Shown here piece by piece: positions 1-12,400 of a DNA stretch of 64,000 bases; positions within the stretch are counted from its first letter, which is position 1; each line of letters opens with the position of its first letter. The position numbers and the translations under genes were made by a program. Below the pieces are notes generated by a model. That model did no database searches. It worked only from the letters and a program-made list of their open reading frames with translations, and was not told the origin of the DNA. The stretch is from Phoronis australis. Its lineage: Eukaryota > Animalia > Phoronida. Location of the stretch: positions 74,300 to 138,299 of the forward strand of contig NMRA01000288.1 of NCBI GenBank assembly GCA_002633005.1, given 5' to 3'.

Positions 1-1098
1 ATGGAGAACAAAGAAAATGGAGGGGTCTCAGCTGGCTGGGGAACACAACATGTTAAATCTCAACGGCAAAATTAACCAAAACGTTGACTAGATTGAATTC
101 CCTGATTTGTGTTAGATGTTATGATCGAGAATGAAAATAAAAGAAGTTGCCTTCGCAGAGTGATTTGAAGTAGTTTGTAATCTAGCGGATACTGTAGGCC
201 TACTACGATGGTAACTGTCAGCCTGAGTAAGTTATTCGGTTCACGTGTCAGGCCTACTTTCACCGTCGTTCACGTAAAATGAGCTGTTGCTAAACCCATT
301 TTTCTTTCCGTAAGTAACGTGAATCGGCACGCGCAATTACAATATGCGTGATAGGTCACGTTCACGTCGATTTGCGAAACCTCTCTATATTGAGGCCTAG
401 TTGTGCTCACATGGATCAGCCTGAGTGCCCCCCAACAGTAGAGACTCAAGTTCCCCAAATCTTACTGCATATTTGTGAATTTGTGAAAACGCCGATTGTC
501 CTTCCTTATGCTGTTTTAGTTTCATTACTAAGACAACTTTTGGCTTTGAAACAAATTGCGAGTGAACAAATGAATAGGGATCTTTTTATGCCGCAAAACG
601 CCCCTGTGAATGTAGGGAGTAAGTCCTAAGTTTATTTTCATTGAAGCAGGGCTCAGTTTTTAGTTATACTGTAAGAAAATATCAATTAGTTATACAGGAG
701 CTCATAATCAAGCTGAATTTTCATAAAAAAGTTTACACGTCTGTCAGTAAAAAAGACACAAATAGGCAAAAGATATTAGGGAACTTAGTTGAGTCCTTAT
801 ATTTGAATTTGGGACTGCCAGTCAGTGTTTCGGCCGGCACTGGAACGCGAAAGCTCGTCAAAATATCTTGAAAGCGACGCCGAGAAAATGCCTAGCATAT
901 AGGCCTAGGTTCTCGCGTAGGCCTACTACCCAATGAGATAAATATATTGCTCATTGTTACTACCAGCTAGGAACTGGTTACTAGCCAGCTACCAGGAAGA
1001 GAGAAGAGTCCTTGTTATCTCTGGTTACTATCCGTGTTTTTGTTTTGTGGGCATGCGCAGCCGGATGTTTATATTCAACAAGCGCGGCAGTTTGATTT

Positions 1099-1179
1099 GG
1101 GAAAAACCAATGACAGAGATAAATATTGAAAGCTTATTGGGAAAAACCCACGAGTTCTTACGTAATGAAATTGCGAAAT
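1099..1179 (+). promoter_or_regulatory. Candidate Rel/NF-kB + C/EBP motif cluster upstream of the IL-1-like gene
   Basis: GGGAAAAACC at 1099-1108 and 1139-1148, TTACGTAAT at 1158-1166, TTGCGAAAT at 1171-1179; possible splice donors follow at ~1203 and ~1214. Confidence 0.3.
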
Positions 1180-3234
1180 CAAGAAAAGCAAGTGATTGAG
1201 GTGTAAGCTATAGGTATGTTACAACATTTTTTCATGGTTTTGAAATGTGTTTGAAAATGTGTCCTATGCGATAACGCGTAGCATATGATATGGCCAAGAC
1301 AGCCTAAACTTAAATACGTAACTGACGTCTAAGCGTGCTTCCGGTGAATCATCAAGCACGCTTGACAGTTTTATCGCGGTCGCAGGTTCGATTCTTGGGT
1401 AAGGTAGTCGGCAAACGGATGATTTACCGATGAAGCACTCAGACTCAGTGCCAACTATTACAGTCATAGACAGGACCCGATGACTTGGAGTGGCTGCGAT
1501 GGTAAAAGTTCCAGGAGTCCAGGACTTGTGTGGCTGCGTGACACAACCTTGTGTTAAGGGCACATAAGTTACGTGTCTATTACAGTTCAAGAATGGGTTC
1601 AGACCAATGAACAATGTATCAGAGGTACGAGGGATCATTTCTCCCACGAGACATTGCCTTTATTGATATATTGGATGGAACTGCAATGGTGGAGTTGCCC
1701 AATCTCCGAGTGGTGAGGGTGTCAACGCAAGATTCTTTGTGTGTGTTAAATTTGAATATAGACCGTGATTTATGTGTTCCATCCCAAAAGCCTAATTGTC
1801 AGGGTTGAGGCCCTTAAGCAGCTTCAATACCTGTAGAGTCTTAGCAGTGAGGAGGAGATAAGTATTTGACATGTTGGGAAATGGGCATGCAAAACCTCAC
1901 AGACTCACGGTGTTGCTGAATTAATCTTTGTTGATTTATCACAATAGCCCTGTGAAACCTAAGGGGAAGCAACCCTTCATGGAAAGTTTGGGAAGAAGGT
2001 GCTTACAACAATTGTTCAAAGTTGCTTTATTTCTTTTTCAGTTTATGAGAGATTAATGGTCACGCGACTAAAATGAGTTGTTTCGTATTCGTGAACGTTG
2101 TGTTTGGTAAACTTCTAAAGATCTGGAGAGGTAATTAAGTGCACACTGTGATTTTGTTATTGAACATTTCATCAAAGTACATGTGACTGCCCTGTATGAC
2201 AGCTAATTGAGAAGGAATGAATCAATGTTTCTAAAATAATCTTGGGGAGAGTTTTTTAAGAGAATGGTCTCACAGATTAACTGCTTGCATAATTATGTTG
2301 AGCTTAATCTGTTTACTTCTGACTTGGAAATCTTTTGTTGGAATAATACATCGAAACATCATTCATTCATAATGCAAGTCATTGTTGCTTTTGTTTGCAG
2401 CTTTTTACTGGTCAACTGGCGGAAGTATGATAAGAGTTGAGTTTTTACTCATGGCAATAGATTTGACATTTCGGACTGATATAATTTCAAAAATTCCAAG
2501 TGATAACCTAAATATTTGTATAGCGCTTTAACACTTTAAAAATCTGTTGTTACAACTTACATTCCATCATAGATTATAGACAACAGATTCGCAACTCCTA
2601 CATTTTCTTGCGTAATATCCTATAGGAGGCGCCACTCTCCTAAATTATCTGTTTCAGTTTCCGGTTAGTGTATTGTGACAACACAACAGCCAACCATGAT
2701 TAGCAGACAACGTACTTGTCAGAAGTTACACCAGATAATTTGGTCAAGTGTCGCTAGTGAATAACGACGTCATTGCTTCTGTAAGAGCACAGGTTTCGTC
2801 CATTGAAAGTATACAGAGTTGGCGGTCCATTGTCAAAAGTCTATGATTCCATTCTACCATTTACTAAAATAGATGAGACGTAGTTTGTAGGCTTGGAAAA
2901 AAATGACATTCTTTGTTAGCGAGCATGTTCAGCGCAGTCAATGTGCTACAAGCCAACTAGTTCAGTTTTACGCAATGGTAAAATGTTCACTCTCATATAT
3001 CTCTGATTTGAATAGGAACAAATTGAGAGCTGTTTCATCACTGTGAATGGTCTGAATAAAAAAAGTTTTGACAAAGTTTCTAGTAGCAGTAAAGAATGTG
3101 GCTGTTTATTTTAGAAACCTTTGATACAGTTTGAGTTCAGTCCCCTGTGTAATCAGATTGGATACATTTTGAAGTTGAGGCTTGAAATTCACTAACCACT
3201 TCTGATTCAGTGTTTATATTTTTCGCTTTTTTAG

Positions 3235-3487
3235 AATACCAAAGACGCTGGCTACCAGAGAAGAGCCGTGTCATGAGATTGTCTTGCCGTTGTCAAATGT
3301 TCAATTTAGCCGACAACAATGAAAGGGCAGAAACTGGGACAATCAGGACAAAACTTCTTCATAAGAACAGCGAGAAATTGTATGGTAGTCTGCGACTATC
3401 CTCACAGACACAGACCAATAGAATTACTCATACGTTGACTGGTATAACAAATGCTGGAAACCCGGAACAGGAGGATTTCGTTTTTCG
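3235..3487 (+). CDS. IL-1-like gene exon A (N-terminus, first half of PDZ-like domain)
   Basis: Acceptor tttttag|AA at 3235; in-frame ATGs at 3273 and 3297; donor CG|gtatgt (phase 2) joins exon B as CGT. Confidence 0.7.
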
Positions 3488-6400
3488 GTATGTTAATATG
3501 TAGAAAACGTAATATGACAAAGAAAAAACATAGGTGCGAACTAATTGCTGAATTGGGTGAGGGTGTTCAAACTTTCTATACACCCTCATATACATATCAT
3601 TATGTATTGTTCGGGAGCAGCCCATCATCAACACAAACTTGATTGGAGAACACAAATTAATGTACTTTTTGTTGGACAGCTTGGTGTACACTCTTTCATA
3701 CTCTCTGTACAATTTCCTGTCTTCCAGCACTGTGTAGATGAAAGCAAATTACAAATTAAGTCATTACAAACAAACAAGTTAATTAAAGTAATTGCCATAT
3801 TTCAAGAGTATATGTCTCGCACTTGGGCACTAAACTGAACGTGGTGAAAGCGAAAGAAACCAGTAAAATGCGGTAAAATCTCACCTTTGGACAAAAGTAA
3901 TTTAATGGCAAAATTGATCTTTTTTCATTATTATTTATAAAAGCTTCTAACATACAGTGACATAATAACTTTGGAGAGAGTGTGGTCTTTTAAACCAAAG
4001 AAGAAGAACATGCTTTCGAATGTCAACAATCAGAATCATTGTCTTAAGGTAGCTATATCAGACCTTTAAAATGTTATAGCATTTATGTGGTCCTGCTTAT
4101 CTTTTATTAAAAAATGAAATCATAATATTTCTCTTGTCGGCCATAGTGTGTCCTAAATTGGTGAGATTTTACCTGTTAACAGTGGCAGTAGTTTGGAGGG
4201 CATACTTTGTCTAGTAGAGAGTGTGGATGTTAGGAAGCCCACAAGCCTAATGAAATTGTGCCAGCTTATGGTATGAAATACAGGTTTTCACGACTGATCA
4301 ACAGAGGACTTCATAACGGAAATGGGTCATTTTCTATATATAGCTTTTTTGCACATCCTAGCTAGTGTCCATACTGTTTTTGATTCTGTTTTGTGGACTA
4401 CACCCCCCATTCAGTTTAACGTATTCTGCACTATATGGTGGCCATTTTATGACACCAATTAACATCTCTAGAAGCTTACCATTTGTGGTGCAGTCGTGGG
4501 TGCATTTCAGCACTAATTCGGTTTGCCCTTGATTGACTTCATGGTGGAGAAAACACACTAAACATCAAAATGGCCAATATTTAACCTTTAAATGTATTGG
4601 ATGTCACTTATGCACTCAGTATAAAATAGACAAGTAGATGGATCGTTGAATTTGGAGATGTTGTAATTAAATTTCGCAAGATCCTGTCCATGCAGCTATG
4701 AAATTAGGCGCCTCAACACTGCTCAGGTTTTCCACAGTTGCATGCAGCATTGTCCAGTGTGGAACCCATAGCTAGTTTCTTTCATTTTGAAGTTGTAAGA
4801 TTTTGGGCCCGAACATGCCGAGTACAACTTGAGCATGTCACGGTCATCTAAATGTTATTTTTGCCAACTGTTCTGCACGCCACCTGTTGGCCTCATAAAT
4901 ATGATTTTCCATTAAGGCCTCCATTCACCTTACAAAGGTTTTGCCAAAGATCTGTCTTTAAGGGTACGGTATTTCGGGCAAGTTGATTTCCAATGAGTAT
5001 CACTATAATCATCCTTTCATCTTGGTAATCAAATTGCCAGTGGGTTTCTGTATCCCTCCTCCATTTTAGTTAAACCCGTCACCAGAGTTGATTATTGACC
5101 ACTACTTGTGGCAGTTTATCTTGGGACACATGTTGGCTATATGAACATGCGTTTAATGGTTATTGAATAAAAATGGATCATCTTAAAACTGTCATTTTTG
5201 AATATTTTTAGTGATGATGATCTGCTAGAGTCCATTAATGATACCAACGTGTCTGTCTACTGCCATCAACTCGTTGCATCTATGCTTCAACATCAGAAGG
5301 AAGTATTTACATTAGTAAGTTGTGTGTTCATGTATTAAGAAATGGTCAGTTTATCGTAGCCGGGCCAATGACTGGAGGTGATGAAATATCGGAAATCGCC
5401 CTCTTTCCTGCTTGATGATGGGGACATTTTTGCTATTCAAGAAGGTGAATTCCCACAATCCACTGCGCAGACATTTTATTTCCTTCTTCCTGACTGGTTA
5501 GCCATATGAACAAATGTAGCACTTTAGCATCTAGATAGTTCTGACAATGTCAAGCTAATAATGTTAGCCAATCAGGTTGTGGGAGCAATGTGTAAACACA
5601 CCAAAATCTACCATTTTTCAATCAGTGGTTGTGAATTACGGAAAATGTTAAGAGGTTTTGCGGAGACTGAATGAAAAGTGCTGCTGATCAAAGCATATAG
5701 TAGACTCCATGATCAGAGGAATATAGTGTCGCCTAACTAGTATCAAGTGCAGCACTCGACGCTTAATTAGCTAAATGCCAAGTTGCATTCGGTGACAGGT
5801 CATTGGTGTAACATTAACCGAGATAGTGCCAGATATTTTTTCTGTCTTACGTGCATGCAAAGTTTCAATTTGCCGACAACATAACTATGTCAAGAAGGCA
5901 AATGTCTTCCTGGTTACATGTGTATGCACTTTCTAATAATTTAATTAATTTGTACTTTTGATGCATTTGATGAAATTTTCACTAAAAATGCCCTACAAGT
6001 GTCATTGTAAAGTTACTCACCAACTCAAGTTTACACCAAGAGCGTCGAGTGCAGGCGCAAAATAATTCACCCACAAAAAATGTTTCCCAGGAAAACACAC
6101 TTCTTTGTTCTGCGACTTCCACTGCATTGAAGAAGCTCACACATATTTTGTTTCAAGAATTTTTCTCTGTTCATGTCGAATACAATGAACTTTTTATCAT
6201 CAAAATGAAAATTTGAAAAAAAGAATTAAGAGTTCCATTTCAGGTGACCTGAGGTTGATGTCTGCACCCAAACAAAGCAAATGCTTGTCCAAGTACACAG
6301 AACCATCGAACAAAAGAAAGTAAAGAATCCTCCTTCAATTGCATTCATGCTATGTCTTGCGCGCTCATGCCGACTTGTTTCAATTTTGAACGTGCGCATT

Positions 6401-9400
6401 ATGAATATCAATGGATGCTATTAAAAATGATGCAAGTTTGATTTGATAGTATTCAGGTTACTGTACAGTAATTTATTAATATTTCAGACTGTCATACGAA
6501 ATGGAAGAAGACTGAAGCTGGAAGTTAAGCTCGGTAAGTAATGTTTTACACCCTTGTAGTACTAACAGTAATACACCAACTATAATGCAAAAATAAGTAA
6601 AATATATTTTCTGCATAGTCAGAATGTGCCAAATAAACCGAAACTGAATAATATACAGTTGACAGGTGTGCGAAATTAACTGAGAGACCAAGCATCGCCA
6701 ACTGCCTTTGTGTGTGAATGTAATGGAACCGACTTCGGGTTTTCAACATGATCCTGTTTAATAACAGTAATTAAGTTTACCATGCTGTTCTAACGTAAGA
6801 ATTCTTTATCCCATTAATAGTGAAACACTCTTTGGACTGTAATTTGATCATTTAAAGTGACACAAAATGCACCTGGTGACCTGTTTGACCTCATGTTTTA
6901 AAAAGTGTGAGACATCCCATATAAATTGACTCTCATGTTGACACGGAATGTAGCGCTACCACCACTGAGAATGTATACCATAAGAACTGCATGTCTTATG
7001 GATTATCCAAGTGAGGAATGTGTGGTGATTTTTTCGGGACAATTTTAAGGTCATCAAACCAGGTGATAGATAGTGGATGTCGTTACTTGTTATCAGAACA
7101 TAGTGTCATGTACAGGACTTGGAATTTTCCTCTTTTAAGAAGATTTTCTATTTTTTGGTTTCGATTTCCTCTTATTTGATTTCCACTTCCTCTTTTTTGT
7201 CATTATTTTGACTTTTTCATGCAAAAGCATTTATTTCAGTTAAATTTTACAACAAAAAATAATTCTATCACACTGCAAGCTTATTTATTTGTGGAACGAT
7301 ACATCACCTGGAAAATTTTCATCTTTTTTGTCATTGATCATTCCAAGCAATGCATGTAACCTCAGTATGGAAACAAACCCATGTCACATGGATGAATGTT
7401 TCCGTCGTATTGTGAACAGCTTTACACTGGAAACACAGTTTGCTAATTTCCCAACGATTACTCAAATCATGCATTTGCAAGGTGGGTACAATCCGAGACC
7501 ATTTATCAAATCAGCTTGGCTGGAAAACAATTGGGAAAGAAGCAGTAGATACATCACAATTCGCAATGTAGAAAGTTGTGTTTTTAGTCACGTTCATGGA
7601 CAGAAGTGTAAGTGAGATATGACTAAATGTGTTCTAGGAACTTACTAAATCCAACTGGATGGATGGTTAAGTGAGACGATGTGTGCTATCTGTTGCACAA
7701 AATGCCAAAATCTTCCGTTGCCATGGACCTCTGTAACCAGTCTCAACTGAGAAGGGTATAAGAATGTTCTCATGCTTTCTAAATCGCATTTTATTTTTTT
7801 GTGACATAGGTGCTACTTTATGGCTGTGTGGTTTTTGCTGCTTGTAGTAATTTCTGAAGAGATCGAATTTCATGCTTAGTTTAAGGACAGAGATGTTGTG
7901 TTTTATAGATAAAAGAAACGCATTGTACATCATAGTGCATGCCGGGGGTTGTGATGAAGTCGACGGGGGCTGTGGTGGAATAAACAGTATCAATGACATA
8001 GAAGATGTGCAATATGATAACCCAGAGTTCACCCATGTCATGAAGTGGTCTGAAGACAGAGTCCAAATGGCACCTAAGGCAGACACAATCGGGTCTAGTG
8101 GTGTGTGGTTTTGTATAGTTTCACTCAGCTTGTTTTCCAATTGAGTTTCATGTGTTCAGCTTGTATCAGGCAAACATTTTTATGCACCCAAATATTTACG
8201 TATTTGTGGGTGCATATTGCTGTCTGTGTCATGGCGTCCGGGCATCTGTTGTCCGGCGTTTGTAGTTGTATCTCCTAAACTCCTTGCACGATCTTGATGA
8301 AATTTGGTAGATGTGTTCCTATGAAAGTGAAGATGGATGACGACAAATGTCTGACCTCTCCGACTACCGGTGAACCCCCTTTAAGTGGCAATTTCAGTTT
8401 TGTATGATTACCTCTGTACCTTCAAAGGTCCTGAAAAAGATTTTTATAAAATTTTGAATATAGGCATCGATCTATTGGTGAAATGATGCTATCATCCTAA
8501 TTTTGGATGGAATCGAGGTATTTTGCACCACCTGGTGGGCATTTTTGGTGTTTTCAAATCTTGTGTTTAGCGTTCACCCTCGATCAACCAAATCATTTTA
8601 GGGATGGTTTTGAAAATTGGCGAATATGTTTTCAGTGTGAAGCGGACTTTTGATGATGGTGACTGAATACTTGTTTTGCACCCATAGCTGTATCTCCAAA
8701 ACCCACTGCAGGATCTTTATTAAAATTCAATAAGTGCATTTATATGAAGATCACAGACAACTTTCAGACGGATGGAACGGACGCTGTGCCCACAATTGTC
8801 AATTTCATTTTGTTCTGTTTTCCTTTTGTTTCTTGAAGTTCCTTGACAGATTTTTATGAAATATGGCATGTTCCCATTTTTAGATGGATTGTACGTTTTT
8901 GCGCCATCTAGTAGCCATTTTTATGATAAAAATAACCCTAAAAGCACACCATTTGCGATACATTCGTGGGCGCATTTCAACGCTTTGTGTTGTTCTTGTT
9001 ATATAATTAGGCAAGAGAATTTAATATGAAGTTGACAATTGACAACAACGGCATTTGGATGGAACCGACTATCGCTGTGCCACCCCTAGTGGCATTTTTT
9101 CCGTTGTCCTCTGTATCTTTTAAACTCAGTAGATATTAGTGGAATTTAATACATAAGTTTCCACTAAGGAGATGACAACGCCTTCTCATTATTGGGTGGA
9201 TTTGACGTACTCTGTGCCACTCTGTAGCCATTTTAACATTTCTTGAGTACGTTTGTGACATCACTCTCTTGATCCACTAAACTGCTTGATGGATCACTAC
9301 TAAAATTTGGAGATGTGTTCCTAATGAGAAGACCGAGGCTGACGTTGATTTTTTGACTTGTTTACCTACTCTGCCCCTGCAAGTGGCAATTTTATTTTTT

Positions 9401-12400
9401 GCGTCCACAGCTGTATCTTCTTCCTTTTTATGATCTTCCTAAAATTTAGCAGATGTCACTTGTGCTCCTATGGAGATGGCAACTGATAACCTCGAGTTTC
9501 AGACCAATCCAACTACAGCTATGCTCCCTAAATGAAATTTTATTTTTTACCTGATACTTGATGCTTTTTCATAAAATTCAGTAGGGCAAACAAATTTCTC
9601 TCATGAAGATGATAACATCTTTCCTTTTTGTTATATATCCAAGGTATTCTGCCCAGTTAGTGGTCATTTTAATTATTTTTTGGTCTGTTTTTTGTCATCT
9701 GCCTCTGTTTCTGCCAAACTAATCGGAGGATCATTATGAAAATTGGCAGAGATGTTCCTACTCACAAGAGCATGACTGACGTGAATATTCTAGCTGTTCC
9801 AAGTACTGTGGTGCCCCCTAGTGACATTTTACGCATCAAAGGCTGTATCTCCTAAGCCCAGTGCAAAGTGTTTTTGAGCAGTTGTATTCGTATTAACTTG
9901 ACATTTGATGAATGGATTCGACTAGTGCTGTGGTTCCTAATGGCAGATTTTTACGTTTGCCTTTGTATCTTTTGAGCTCTTTGTGGATTTTCATGAAATT
10001 TGGCAAATAATTTTTATGATACTATTAAATTCCTAGGAGCACACCATTTGCAGTGCATTCAATTTCATGGATGTATTTCAACACTCTGGGTTGCTCTTGT
10101 TTGCAGCTAGTATTTTATTGTGGCCATGATGATGTAGAATTTCATGGGGACTGAATACCCAGTTTCAACGTGCGCTTCTTGAATACATGAAGTATTTTTA
10201 CCGTGGTATCCATTTGTGAGGACTGAAATACTGAATAATATTTAATCTGCTTTTCCCTAACTAGGGCTAGTTGCATGGTTTGGCATATAAAGCGCTGTCG
10301 AGGTCATGTTAACCTTAAGACATCCCACTTGACACAAGTGCTAAATGCTTTAATATAATTTCCCCCATTGATAAAAAATCGAGTTGAAGACTTCTTGTTT
10401 TTTGTGGTTAATACTGGGGCCGGAATGAAGCACATAGGTGAATAGTTATGGCTTAATAAACCACTTCATTCCTATCTTACTTTGAAGTTGACCATTTTGA
10501 CTTGCCAAAGCAGCGTTTAGTAGCTTTAAAGATGATGATTGATTTAAATTGTTGTTCACTTTTGTTTCTTACAGAATTATTCGTTGTTGATCAGTATATG
10601 GGTCTGGATACTACAGATGGCTCAGATGTATTTATTTGTACTATTCGTGTGCATCACAAGTCTAAACGATCACGTAAGGATCGGTTTCTGATGTGTACCG
10701 ACAACAAAGAGGTGGTATTGACAGTGAGTAGTACTTGTAACATTTGACGTGAACTCAAAAACGTGTTAAAAATTATATCTAGACAATATCCAGAGAATGA
10801 TTGAGGGAGCTTGAGGCATCTTTAAACACAGCCATAAGACAGGGACGCACTGCCACCATTGAATTTTCATTATGTATTTGACTATGGTTACCATAGCGCT
10901 CCCTGTTGACCATTTCAGTTGTTGTCAAGATATTTCTTGTTGATCAACTTTTGGTAAAAAAACGGCAAATTTTGGTGAAAATTGACACAAGTTCATGATG
11001 GCGATGCACTGTCACTACAGTAAAATCTTTTGAACTTAGGGCACAATATGGTGGACGAGTGAAATTTTATTTTCTCATTTTTCATAAAAAAATATTGAGC
11101 ATAACACTGAAATCTTGGTTTATTTGACTCTGACTGTGTTATCCGGAACTCCTCGGGTATTTTGCAAACCTCAAATATCCCCTCGGAGGTGCAATTCTAT
11201 TTGCACATGTGCAAACTTTAGGAAATGTCTGAGGATGTTATTGCGTGAGATTTTAGTGCTCCCCAGAACTCGCAGCAGTAACAAGTTTGAATTCCACCTT
11301 CCCAAGTTTAACTTGTGTTGATTTTGGAAACTTACTACAAAGAGTCTGAAATGTTGGGAGGTCATTCACCAATATATCGGTTTACAAGCAAATTGAAACA
11401 TTTGACTTAAAAAGATGTTCATCGATTTTGTAATTCAAGTCTGAATTTATTGTGGAGAACGCTGGACTTTTAGACCTAATGGTGATGCCATGATTTTTGA
11501 CTTACCGTTTCTTGAACAAATGGTTTCACAGTTATCATTGAAGTGCACACACAAAGCATCTCTGATGGGAAAAAGAGTCCACAAAAATACCCGAGGTGTT
11601 CTGAATGCTGTTGTGGCTGACATCAATGGATGAGTGGCCGATTGGGTGACCTAAAAACCAACGTGCAACTTTAACGTCTGTCCAGTTACGTTATAGATAA
11701 GTGTTTCTCCATACTGTAGCAGCGGTTTATTATTGAGTCATGGTGCACTGACTGGTCACTTGGTTTACTATTATTTCAGAAAGCTAAATTCCACGAAGAT
11801 CATGTCAATCTGAAAAAGCAAAAATCCATGCTATTTCAACTGAGAAGTTGGAATTACGTAACCTTCTTTGAGTCGTTGTCTTATTTGGGTAAGTGATTGT
11901 GAAGGAAAACCTCGCAATTATTTTCTCAAATATGACTATCTTATTTAGTCTCAAAGTGTACGGAACGGTTCCGCAGTTTTTTAACATCCACTTAGAGCCA
12001 TAAAAAATGGTATGAAACAAATCTATACCTTACCCTAAACATGTTTACAATTTTATATTTTTATTTCCTGAATTAGCATTTTCTTAATTAGAAGTTCAAT
12101 TTTTGCCATGCAGAATATTCCGCAGATCATAGTTTTGCAGAATACTACGCAGATTTTGTGGAATATTACGCACTTGCAGAATACTGTGCAAGTTTTGTGG
12201 AATACTGTGACTTGCAAAATTTTATGCATATTTTGTGGAATAATAAACAAAATAATAATTTATTTTTAAAAATCAGTGTGACAGTTCCAGAAGGCTTCCA
12301 AAAAAATAAAAGTTTAGCACAGGTCTAAAATTTTTAATTTTCTCCCAGCCCAATAAACATGAATTCCATTCCATTCTCAATAGCACTTGAGAGTATAATG

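Noticed and set aside
954-1199. ORF ending MTEINIESLLGKTHEFLRNEIAKSRKA as a possible coding first exon of the IL-1-like gene
   Set aside because: Phase-compatible only through a weak gtgatt donor; no homology support, so the 5' end is left unresolved.
12109-12243. Short regularly spaced repeats resembling a CRISPR array (also 50480-50655)
   Set aside because: No unique spacers, eukaryotic intronic context and no cas genes; these are transposon-internal repeats.
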